This document shows positions 8,407 to 16,573 of a stretch of DNA of 64,000 nt, one piece after another. The DNA comes from an uncultured archaeon (GTDB taxonomy: Archaea > Iainarchaeota > Iainarchaeia > Iainarchaeales > GCA-2688035), in NCBI GenBank assembly GCA_964640195.1, contig CAZXIC010000003.1, positions 20,438-84,437 on the forward strand, in the 5' to 3' direction. Made by a program: the position numbers and the translations under genes. The notes beneath the pieces were generated by a model, which was not told the DNA's origin, did not search any database, and saw only the letters and a program-made list of their open reading frames with translations. How positions within the stretch are numbered: position 1 is the stretch's first letter; every line of letters starts with the position of its first letter.

Positions 8407-9224
8407 TTATTTGAAGCAGGTCATTGTTTGCTTCCTTAGCTCTTCAGCCAGCCGGGGTTCTTTGAGGAATTTCACCAGCACCTTCGTTTTTCTCTCAAAA
8501 ACCGAGTGGAAGAAATCATCAATGTTCAACTCTTTTACAGTCTTTGTTTTTGAGTATATTTCATTCAGTTTCTGCTTTATTTCAGGCGAATAGAAAACCT
8601 GCAGAACAAAGTTACCAAGAACTACAAGGTCAAAGGTAGAGGCAACATCGACACCTATTTTTGATTTTATGCCTGTTTTGTTCCAGAAATCAGCGCACCA
8701 ACGGTCAATTTCATCTTTTCCTTTCACAAGTGAGTAAGCATCAAAAAGCATTCCCAAGTCCTTAATGTTTGCGTATTCCTCTCTTGAAAGGAACAGGGGG
8801 ATCCACAAATGATTCCAATTCAAACAAAGAAGTGGCTTTTTAGGTAAAAGAGGCAGGAACTTTCCGAGTGAATCAATCAAAAACAGGTCAACGGCATAAA
8901 TCGTGTCAAACTCCAGCGTCCTGCCCTCAATGCTCTTGATGAAGTCTTGGGTGTATGCTGCGTGCTGTCCCTGGAAGAACTTTTGCCCTTCGTCAATCCA
9001 GTGCAGGGAAAGAGAGTAGCCTTCATCAGTTTTTTCAATGACAGACTCCTGAACCAGCTCGCCCAGCGCCTTGTGCACTGCCTGATAAGATACTGGCTCT
9101 TTTGACTGCTTTTTACCCTGTTGAAGATTTCCTTTGCGCTGAGCGGCCATTGCTCACCCAGAATCTGAATTATCGTGCCTTTTGTCCCGCCTTCCTTCCC
9201 AAAGGCAAGCAGAGCCCTAGCCAT
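8407..9224 (-). pseudogene. wHTH-containing protein interrupted by a 1-nt frameshift in an A5 run
   Basis: ORFs 8877..9224 and 8407..9150 join if one A is added to the coding-strand run (plus-strand T run 9110-9114). The join reads ...EIFNRVKKQSKEPVSYQAVHKALGELVQESVIEK. Confidence 0.6.
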
Positions 9225-9260
9225 AGTAATAGAATTATAATTAAGGGGAATGGTTTAAAA

Positions 9261-9305
9261 ATCAACTTTTTAGTTGATGAGAATTCAACCGCAGGCATAT
9301 ATTGT
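9261..9305 (+). promoter_or_regulatory. Conserved promoter/operator block, copy 2 (atcaactttttagttga, aattcaaccg, catatattg)
   Basis: Same order and spacing as 3281-3323. Lies in the divergent region between the gene starts at 9224(-) and 9422(+). Confidence 0.45.
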
Positions 9306-9421
9306 CCTAAAAAAGGGATTTTTATCGAGGAGACAACAAAATTTGTCTCTTTTTCACAGTTGCACTCCTGCATGGCCTTAACTGGCCCGGGAATGTAGCT
9401 GCCAATATAAAGGTTTTAATA

Positions 9422-10600
9422 ATGAAAACAAAACCCGATATCGAGTTTTCAGTTGCCACTAACTGGGACCCCAAGCTGCTTCATGGAATACAAGATTACC
9501 CAATTCACTCAATTTATGGAAAACTAAAATTTGATATTTTGGGCGGGGGCAGGAACCCACAAAAACTCCCTGTAGTCACACCCAGCCAAGTTGAAGAACA
9601 CGTCAAACAAGCACGAGAACAAGGAATAGAATTTTTCTACCTTCTAAACACAAACTCCACAAACAACAAGGAATTCACACCCCAATTCCATAAACAAATC
9701 TACAACCAACTAGAATGGCTCTCGAAAATCGGAACAGACCGCGTCACCATCGCACTCCCATTCCTCGCAAAAATAGTCAAAGAAAATTTTCCAAACCTCA
9801 AAATCCACGTTTCTAAAATGGCAAGAGTCAGCACCGCTAAAAGAGCAATGTACTGGGCAGAAATGGGAGCAGCCTCGGTCTGCCTAGACACCTACATAAC
9901 AAGAAACTTTGACAGGCTAGCAGAAATAAGCGATTCAGTAGACCTAGAACTCGAACTCCTAGCCAACGACGCCTGCCTCTTCCAATGCCCATACGACAAC
10001 TACCATAACGCCACCGAAAGCAATGTTTCACAAGAAAACACCAAAACCAGTTACTTCAGCTATTGCACATTCTCCTGCAAACAAAAATTCTGGTCAAACC
10101 CATCCGAAATAATCAGAAGCATGTTCATCCGCCCCGAAGACCTACAAGCCTACAGCCAAGTCGGAATCAAAAGATTCAAGCTCATTGACAGAATAAAACC
10201 CACCGAATGGATGCTCAACATGCTTAAAGCATACTCAGAGCAAAAATACGATGGAAACCTAGCCGACCTCTTCGGCTTTTACAACACTTACCAAAAAAAA
10301 CCAGAAAACCAAAAACCAAAACGATTGAAACCAGGCCAAGCAAAATCATTCGCACAAATACGGCGCCTGAAGTCATCAAACTATTTCAACCTTGACATCT
10401 TCATCGATAACAACAAACTCGATGGCTTTCTCAACCACTTCAAAAAACAATCATGCGAACAAAGCGCCTGCGGCATAGACTGCAAATACTGCGCAGCCAT
10501 AGCAAAAAAAGCCATTAAAATCAACAAAAAAAACAGGGACACAATCCTCGCCAACCTAAAACTCGTCCTCGGCAAGTTTCACAAAGGCCAACTCACATGA
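9422..10600 (+). CDS. Peptidase-U32-family-like protein (tentative)
   Basis: TIM-barrel-like N-terminal pattern (EFSVATNWDP...IYGKL...GGGR...GIEFFYLLNTN) and LELELLANDACLFQCPY resemble archaeal U32-family members. Cys-rich C-terminus. Not verified. Confidence 0.45.
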   Translation: MKTKPDIEFSVATNWDPKLLHGIQDYPIHSIYGKLKFDILGGGRNPQKLPVVTPSQVEEHVKQAREQGIEFFYLLNTNSTNNKEFTPQFHKQIYNQLEWLSKIGTDRVTIALPFLAKIVKENFPNLKIHVSKMARVSTAKRAMYWAEMGAASVCLDTYITRNFDRLAEISDSVDLELELLANDACLFQCPYDNYHNATESNVSQENTKTSYFSYCTFSCKQKFWSNPSEIIRSMFIRPEDLQAYSQVGIKRFKLIDRIKPTEWMLNMLKAYSEQKYDGNLADLFGFYNTYQKKPENQKPKRLKPGQAKSFAQIRRLKSSNYFNLDIFIDNNKLDGFLNHFKKQSCEQSACGIDCKYCAAIAKKAIKINKKNRDTILANLKLVLGKFHKGQLT

Positions 10601-10668
10601 CACAAAAACTTTTAGGAGAAAACAATAAGAATAAATAAAAAAGACAAGAAACATCAATACAACAAAAA

Positions 10669-11412
10669 ATGGTTTTCTTTATGAGCGGCGTTAAAACAAT
10701 CATCTTCGATTTTGATGGGACACTCGCAGACACGAGAGAATGCATAATAGAAACACTCAACCTTATCCTCGAAAGAAACGGTTTTCAAAAAGCCCAGCCA
10801 AAACAAGTCCACCGGTTAATAGGCCTGACTCTCGAACAAAACTTTGAAGCACTCGCAAAAAACGCGACACCCGCACAAATCCAAAAAATGGCAAGGGAAT
10901 ACAGGCGGACATACAACCGAATAGCACCCGCAAAAACAAGACTATTTAGGGGAGTAAAAGAAACACTCGAACAACTAAAAGCGATGGGAGTAAAAACCGC
11001 GATAACAACAAGCAAAGGTCTCGAAGGAACCAAAAGAATACTTGAAGCAACAGGAATACTGCCCCTGTTTGACGCAATAATCGTAGAAGCCAGGGTCAAA
11101 AACAAAAAACCAGCGCCAGACATAGTAAAACTAGCGATGAAAAAACTCCACGCCAAACCCCAAGAAACACTGGTAGTTGGAGACACTGTCTGGGACATAG
11201 AAATGGGGAAAAGAGCCGGAACAAAAACCTGTGGCATAACACACGGAAACCACCCAAGAAAAACCCTGCAAAGAGCAAAACCCGACCACATCATAGACAG
11301 AATTACTACGCTAACAAAAAGCACTGTGCCCCGAAGACAAAACAGGCTACGACCCAGACCACGAAAAACCAACACCTCTAAAAGAAACATAACAAGACAC
11401 AAACACCCATAA
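10669..11412 (+). CDS. HAD-IA phosphatase (phosphoglycolate-phosphatase-like) with a basic C-terminal tail
   Basis: IIFDFDGTLADT (motif I), TTSK (motif II), VVGDTVWDIEMGKRAG (motif IV). The last ~30 aa (PRRQNRLRPRPRKTNTSKRNITRHKHP) lie outside the fold. Confidence 0.8.
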   Translation: MVFFMSGVKTIIFDFDGTLADTRECIIETLNLILERNGFQKAQPKQVHRLIGLTLEQNFEALAKNATPAQIQKMAREYRRTYNRIAPAKTRLFRGVKETLEQLKAMGVKTAITTSKGLEGTKRILEATGILPLFDAIIVEARVKNKKPAPDIVKLAMKKLHAKPQETLVVGDTVWDIEMGKRAGTKTCGITHGNHPRKTLQRAKPDHIIDRITTLTKSTVPRRQNRLRPRPRKTNTSKRNITRHKHP

Positions 11413-11480
11413 AAAAAGACCAGCAGTCTTAGCTCGCAACCGGGAACTCTTTGCACAACTTGTCAGCCTTTTTCCACTTC

Positions 11481-11497
11481 TCAACCAAAAAGTTGAT
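11481..11497. repeat. Third copy of the 17-nt palindrome (reverse complement identical to 3281-3297)
   Basis: tcaaccaaaaagttgat reverse-complements to atcaactttttggttga. It lies in a convergent intergenic region, without the half-site/TATA extension. Confidence 0.5.
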
Positions 11498-11692
11498 TAC
11501 TAAGCAGAGCTTTGATGGCAGTAATGGACAGCATCCTGGACAGAAGAGCCTGTGAAATACCTGCGAATTTGAACTGGCTTAGCCTACCTTTTCAGACAAT
11601 TGCCTTCACCATTAAGGCATCTTACTATTTTTTAAATCGCAAGCTTTGCCCTGTGTTTAGCTGTTGCAAAAAAAGCAGTTAGCCAAATCAAT

Positions 11693-12168
11693 TTAAGACA
11701 CAGGCTCGTATACGAAGAGCTTTGGATCGCCTTTTGGGTTTACAAGCCGAGTCTTAATTTTTGTTTCTTTGAGTATTCGCTTTATTTCGCCTACAAGAGA
11801 TAAGTCAATTCCATTAACCGAAATGATGTTGTCTATTAAAACGATGTATTTGCTTTTTTCTTTGTTGTAAATATATAGATTAACAAGTCCATAGATATTG
11901 CGGTTTAATCTACTTAAAATCTTAATCGAATTGTAATTAAGCCTGCCTTCCAAAAAATAGAAATTATCTGAGCTTTCAAAAAACAACTTCCCTCTATTTT
12001 TCCCTCTTTAATTTTGAACTCCCATAAATTTTTATCCAGAAACTCTCTCTTTTTGTCAAAGTAGGTGATCCTGAACAAACCAAGGCCATTTCTCAGAGCA
12101 AATTCAAGCATTTGCTTCAATGTAGATGCAAGTTTGTTTTCAGGAAGCGGCGGAAAAACTATATGCAT
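11693..12168 (-). pseudogene. Hypothetical protein split by a homopolymer frameshift
   Basis: ORFs 11914..12168 and 11693..11986 join if one T is added to the coding-strand T6 run (plus-strand A run 11978-11983). The join reads ...KIEGSCFFESSDNFYFLEGR. No family recognised. Confidence 0.35.
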
Positions 12169-12238
12169 AAATTTCAGCCTAATTACCCTCTGTGCAAAAA
12201 CTTATAAAGCAATTTTCTTTTTCGTCAATAAACAATTT

Positions 12239-12808
12239 TCAAACCTCCAGCTCCAGCTGTGCCTGCACCCGCTTGTCCGATACGTCGAATTCGTGCTGTT
12301 TTTTGATTATGAACTCGCAGTCTTTTTCGCCCAAGGCAATGCAGTGGGTTTCCACGCACTCGACGTTTGACTGGAATACCTTACTGAAGAGGCCGGCAAG
12401 GATGCCGCGGACTATGTGGTCACTCGGCGTCTTGACCTTTCCGCGCAGCCTGCCGGTTAGGGGGTTGTTCAAAACGCGCACAATCGCCTTCTTTCTCTGA
12501 AAATCAAGGTCTACGTTCTTTATGTTGCCCCAGCCGGAAGCAACAAAATACTGTTCCAAAAAGTTAACCATCTTCTCGCCCTTGAAGCCGAACTCCAAGC
12601 CGAACTGGCTGACAAGGCGCTCCCTCACGCTCTGCTTGACATTGTAGTAAACGTGCCGCTCAAAAGCAGGATTGTCAGTGTTAAGCATTCCGGAAAGGAG
12701 TTCAGTGGGGCAGATAAGGAAAGGCAGGTTAACAAGGAAAAAGTTGCTGTTTTTGTAATGCAGACCATTCGTGAAAATAAACCTGTCGTAAAAGGAATTA
12801 AGCATCAC
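12239..12808 (-). CDS. V4R-domain protein
   Basis: FVASGWGNIKNVDLDF...VECVETHCIALGEKDCEFIIKK is the V4R GWG plus CxxxGxxxCEF pattern. Confidence 0.7.
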   Translation of the reverse strand: MMLNSFYDRFIFTNGLHYKNSNFFLVNLPFLICPTELLSGMLNTDNPAFERHVYYNVKQSVRERLVSQFGLEFGFKGEKMVNFLEQYFVASGWGNIKNVDLDFQRKKAIVRVLNNPLTGRLRGKVKTPSDHIVRGILAGLFSKVFQSNVECVETHCIALGEKDCEFIIKKQHEFDVSDKRVQAQLELEV

Positions 12809-13149
12809 AACTCACTTTCGGGTTTGTGGCTGAATTCAAGAATCTTGTGGATTGTCCTAAGCTTTTCTGCCTGCAGGGGCCACACGACAAGAGCGTTGCC
12901 AACGCGCTTGCTGAGCAACAACTGCTTTTCAACCAGTTTTTTGAGGTAATAGGCATACTTGGTGCTGGCCTGCTTTTTCCGCTTGCGCGAGGAAAGGTCT
13001 TCCCGGAAATGCTCTGCGATTTCAAGTGCAGTGGTCGGCCAGTGCTCCAAGACGAGCTCGAAAATCTCTTTTTCCCTTCCGTGCAAAGCAAAGGCAAAGG
13101 AGGAACTGCTACCAGGCAGCAATTCTGGCATGGCAGGTGTGTTGGGCAT
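12805..13149 (-). CDS. Small winged-helix transcriptional regulator
   Basis: GREKEIFELVLEHWPTTALEIAEHF...YAYYLKKLVEKQLLLSKRVGNALVVWP. Has a 4-nt overlap with the V4R gene. Confidence 0.55.
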   Translation of the reverse strand: MPNTPAMPELLPGSSSSFAFALHGREKEIFELVLEHWPTTALEIAEHFREDLSSRKRKKQASTKYAYYLKKLVEKQLLLSKRVGNALVVWPLQAEKLRTIHKILEFSHKPESEL

Positions 13150-13225
13150 TATTGCAGAAAATACGGCTTTATTATATTTAAATTTTGCGGTTCTGTTCTG
13201 GCATGCCAGAAAAACAGGGGCTTCC

Positions 13226-13918
13226 TTAGAGCAGCGACAGCGCTGTCAGGAGCAGGACACTGACAAGCGCTCCTGTTATGAAGAACAGGGGCTTGCCTGA
13301 CTCTTCCCTGGGCACCATGTCTCTTATCACGATGTAGAGAAGCGCCCCTATCACGAAGGAAAAGAGGAGGTGGTAGGCTTGAGGGTTGATGTTTATGATT
13401 GAGGCAAAGGCGGCGCCAAGGAGGGGAGAGAGAGGCAGCAGGATGCCGGCAAAGCTCTTTCTGTTGAAATGCGCGTCAATGTGGTTTAGGCTGAGGCTGC
13501 TGCTGAAGGTGTGCAGAAGCAACGGCACGAAAATCAAGAGGCCTGAAACGTAGTTTTCAATGCTGAACGCAAGGAACAAGGCAATGCCAACAACAAAGTG
13601 GTTTATGAAGAAGCCGAGCACGTGGATTGAGGCAAGGTCCTGCAGCAGCTCACCCTTGTTCTTGATGTGCTGGTAGATGTACTTCTCTCCCAGGTGGAAC
13701 AGGATAAAGCCGGAAAGGATTAAGAGGTAGATGGTTTCGCCGATGTGCTCTATGCCGGTAAAGAACTCGGGGAGGAGGCGCAGGAAGATTATCGCGAGGA
13801 ATAAGCCTGCGGAGAAGGAAATCAGGTGCGTGTGGTATTTTTCTGCATGTCCAGAGTAGGACTCGGAGAAAAAGTGCACTAATGCAAGGATTCCTGCAAG
13901 AACGAAAACCACTAGCAT
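13226..13918 (-). CDS. ZIP-family (ZupT-like) metal permease (tentative)
   Basis: Polytopic, with His-rich helices (HVLGFFINHFVVGIALF, LLLHTFSSS). Size and topology fit ZIP. Confidence 0.5.
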   Translation of the reverse strand: MLVVFVLAGILALVHFFSESYSGHAEKYHTHLISFSAGLFLAIIFLRLLPEFFTGIEHIGETIYLLILSGFILFHLGEKYIYQHIKNKGELLQDLASIHVLGFFINHFVVGIALFLAFSIENYVSGLLIFVPLLLHTFSSSLSLNHIDAHFNRKSFAGILLPLSPLLGAAFASIININPQAYHLLFSFVIGALLYIVIRDMVPREESGKPLFFITGALVSVLLLTALSLL

Positions 13919-13944
13919 AAGCAGAACAATAAACGGTTTTTTGG

Positions 13945-13953
13945 TTTAAATAT
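13945..13953 (+). promoter_or_regulatory. TATA-like box (tttaaatat) about 25 nt upstream of the ATG at 13975
   Basis: Archaeal TATA consensus-like. The spacing suggests a leaderless or short-leader mRNA. Confidence 0.35.
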
Positions 13954-13974
13954 TTTTCTGCTGCTTGTTTAGTT

Positions 13975-14904
13975 ATGCCGACCCTGACGCTTGATTTGCA
14001 CACACACCTTATCGAGAAGGGTGAGAAGCCGGAAAGGTACTGGAAAGCGGCCAGGGCGAAAAAACTGGATGCTGTTGCGATAACGGAACATGCTGACAGG
14101 CAGCCGCGGAAAGCGTACGAGCTCTTGTTGGAAAGGAAGCCAAAGGGGATTGCGCTGATTCCCGCGATGGAATTGAATTGCGCCATCGGCCATGTTCTTG
14201 CATACGCAAGGGATGAAGGGATTTATTCAATTAAAAAGCTGTATAAAAAGAACCTGCCGATTGGAAAGGCGCTGTCAATTGCTGAAAGTGAAGGGCTGCT
14301 GTTGAGCGTTTCACACCCCTGGGGCTTGAGCTATGACAGCGCTGCGTACGTTCTCGGCGAGAAAAGGCTGGCAAGGCTGGTTGAATCTGAAAAAATCGGG
14401 GTTGAGGCATACAACGGCATGTTTGGGAACGTGAGCAGCTTTTTCTACAGCAGCAGCTGGATAAGGAAGCCGATGAACTTCCTTGATTTTCTGGAGAAAA
14501 GCAGGGTTGGCAGGAAAACAAGACTGAGTGGAATTGGGAGAAAGATGAGGGGAAAGCTGGACAAAAAGGGCAGGGAGCTTATAGAAAGGTGCGCGAAGCC
14601 AATCGAATTGGGAACAAAAGCCAGGTTCATTACTGCTGGCAGCGACGGGCACAGCGCAGCAAGAATCGGCACAGGGATAATGAAGGTGAATGTAAGGGGC
14701 ACAGCAAGCAACAAGGCTTTGCTGCAAGCAGTGGAACAGAAAAGCAGGGTTGTGTGGGCAGGCCCATACGTAAGGGAAACGAGGAAGGGTTATGCGGCAG
14801 ATGCCGCAACACTTAACAAGCGCGAGTTCCTGCAGGGGATAAAGTATGCCACAAAAAGGGCTATTGTGAAGGGGATTGGCAGAAGGAAAAAGAAGAAGAG
14901 CTAA
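13975..14904 (+). CDS. PHP-domain metal-dependent phosphoesterase
   Basis: LDLHTHL...LDAVAITEHAD...GHVLAY...SHPW are PHP His/Asp motifs. Confidence 0.75.
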   Translation: MPTLTLDLHTHLIEKGEKPERYWKAARAKKLDAVAITEHADRQPRKAYELLLERKPKGIALIPAMELNCAIGHVLAYARDEGIYSIKKLYKKNLPIGKALSIAESEGLLLSVSHPWGLSYDSAAYVLGEKRLARLVESEKIGVEAYNGMFGNVSSFFYSSSWIRKPMNFLDFLEKSRVGRKTRLSGIGRKMRGKLDKKGRELIERCAKPIELGTKARFITAGSDGHSAARIGTGIMKVNVRGTASNKALLQAVEQKSRVVWAGPYVRETRKGYAADAATLNKREFLQGIKYATKRAIVKGIGRRKKKKS

Positions 14905-14918
14905 TTTTTAAATAAGCT

Positions 14919-15347
14919 TTGTCCAAAAATTTGTGCATGATTGCTGCTGTTTACCCTGGCATGCTTCTTTCTGATATTCCAGGCGATGCAACAGCACTGC
15001 ATTTGGTGAGGCCCGTTAAAAAAAGCCTGCTGGAGGCAGTCCTGCGGAAATGCGGCGGGATTGCGAGGGTTACTGCGAGCAGGAGCTGTTTGAAGAGAGT
15101 GTCGCCTGCGTGCAAGCAGATGCTGCAAGCAGAGGGGATTGAGATTGCGGTTGAAACAAGGCCAGGCAGGGCAATTGCTGTGCCCTTGGAAAAAATGCTG
15201 CATGCCCTGGAGATGAGGCGCGACTATCAATCACTTAGGGAGATTGAGAGGGTTACAGGCATCCCCAAGAGCACTGTGCACTATCTGCAGAGATATGCGC
15301 AGAGGGCAAAGGTTAAAAACGGGAAAAAGATTATTTATTTGAAGTGA
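14919..15347 (+). CDS. Hypothetical protein with a C-terminal resolvase-type HTH
   Basis: SLREIERVTGIPKSTVHYLQRY is HTH-like. The likelier start is the ATG at 14937. Confidence 0.4.
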   Translation: MSKNLCMIAAVYPGMLLSDIPGDATALHLVRPVKKSLLEAVLRKCGGIARVTASRSCLKRVSPACKQMLQAEGIEIAVETRPGRAIAVPLEKMLHALEMRRDYQSLREIERVTGIPKSTVHYLQRYAQRAKVKNGKKIIYLK

Positions 15348-15351
15348 TGCT

Positions 15352-15678
15352 GTGGCAAATGAGTTTTTCGAGCAGAGGATAATTGAGCTGACAAGGAAGG
15401 GCGCGTTGGACAAAGTCAGGTTTTTGAAGGGCTTGGGGAAAAAAGTGATGCCCTCGCAGCTTGAAAGGATATTGCAGAACGACAAAAGCGTTTTGCAGGA
15501 ATTGTTTTTGCCAAAATGGGTTAGCTGGGACTTGCTGAGGGCGTGGGCAGACAATAACCGGGTTGAGGAAAGGGGCAAAAGATGCATCCTGTGCGGTCAG
15601 GCAACAGAGCTGGGGATTGACTTCAACGAGAAATTCATCTGCGAAAACTGCTTTGTCAGGCTGAAGAATTTACATTAG
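15352..15678 (+). CDS. Hypothetical protein with a C-terminal CxxC...CxxC zinc ribbon
   Basis: CILCGQ...FICENCF. Confidence 0.35.
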   Translation: MANEFFEQRIIELTRKGALDKVRFLKGLGKKVMPSQLERILQNDKSVLQELFLPKWVSWDLLRAWADNNRVEERGKRCILCGQATELGIDFNEKFICENCFVRLKNLH

Positions 15679-15679
15679 C

Positions 15680-16339
15680 TCATTCTTTCCTTTCGCCGAA
15701 GAGGGCGGTGCCGATTCTGACCATGGTGCTGCCTTCCTCAACAGCAACAGCATAATCGTTGCTCATCCCCATGCTCAATTCAGGCAAGGAAAGCTGCAGG
15801 GCAAGCTCCCTCATTTTCCGGAAGAATGGCCTTGTCTGCTCTGCCTGCAGGAAAGGAGCCATGCAGAACAAGCCTTTCACGCGCAAGTTTTGGAATTGCT
15901 TTATTTCAGCGTACACTGATGCAGCATTTCCAGGCAGAACACCGAACTTGCTCTCCTCTTTCGCGATATTAACCTCAATGAAAACAGGGAAAGGTTCTTC
16001 AGCAGCGTCATTTATTCTCCCCGCGAGCTTTACGCTGTCAACGCTCTGGATGCAGTCAAACAGCTGCACTGCCTTCTTTGCCTTGTTGCTCTGCAGGTGC
16101 CCGATGAAGTGCCACTGCACAGAACCGCCAATTTCGTTTATTTTTCTCTCGGCTTCCTGAACGTAGTTTTCGCCGCAGATTGAAATTCCAGCAGCAATTG
16201 CCGCCTGAATTTTTTCAACCGGCTGGGATTTTGTTGCCGCGAGGACTGTGATTTCAGCAGAGCTCCTGTGCGATTTGGCGCATGCAGAGCTGATTTGCGC
16301 CCTTATCTTGAGCAGGTTTGCTTCAATCGCAGAGGGCAT
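15680..16339 (-). CDS. yggS: YggS/PROSC-family PLP-binding protein
   Basis: VLAATKSQPVEKI, GENYVQE, WHFIGHLQSNKAKK, LSMGMSNDY, VRIGTALFG. Start set at the ATG at 16339. Confidence 0.85.
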   Translation of the reverse strand: MPSAIEANLLKIRAQISSACAKSHRSSAEITVLAATKSQPVEKIQAAIAAGISICGENYVQEAERKINEIGGSVQWHFIGHLQSNKAKKAVQLFDCIQSVDSVKLAGRINDAAEEPFPVFIEVNIAKEESKFGVLPGNAASVYAEIKQFQNLRVKGLFCMAPFLQAEQTRPFFRKMRELALQLSLPELSMGMSNDYAVAVEEGSTMVRIGTALFGERKE

Positions 16340-16362
16340 GTGAAAACCAAGGGGGATAGACT

Positions 16363-16509
16363 TTAAATTCCGGGCATTCCTGGCTTTGGCTGTTGCTGCT
16401 GCATCCTGTAATGGCAGGCAGGGCATTCAAGGGTTACGAATACCTTTTCCCCTGCCAGTTGTTCCAAGCCAACCCTGCGCATGGCAGCGCCGCATTTCGG
16501 GCAGTTCAT
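16363..16509 (-). CDS. Unlisted 48-aa zinc-ribbon protein
   Basis: Read manually: MNCPKCGAAMRRVGLEQLAGEKVFVTLECPACHYRMQQQQPKPGMPGI. Two CPxC knuckles. Below the 60-aa ORF-track cutoff. Confidence 0.4.
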   Translation of the reverse strand: MNCPKCGAAMRRVGLEQLAGEKVFVTLECPACHYRMQQQQPKPGMPGI

Positions 16510-16573
16510 GTTCCGTCAATTGATTGAAAGGGGAAATTGTTTAAAAGGATAATTTGGCTAATGGTTTAATGCC

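Noticed and set aside
10785-11456. 223-aa minus-strand ORF
   Set aside because: It is antisense to the HAD phosphatase with intact motifs I-IV. It arises from the extreme A+C richness of the coding strand, which leaves few stops in the complement.
11500-11692. Searched the convergent intergenic region for a C/D-box sRNA or other RNA gene
   Set aside because: No RUGAUGA/CUGA box pairs, and no convincing extended helices beyond the 17-nt palindrome.
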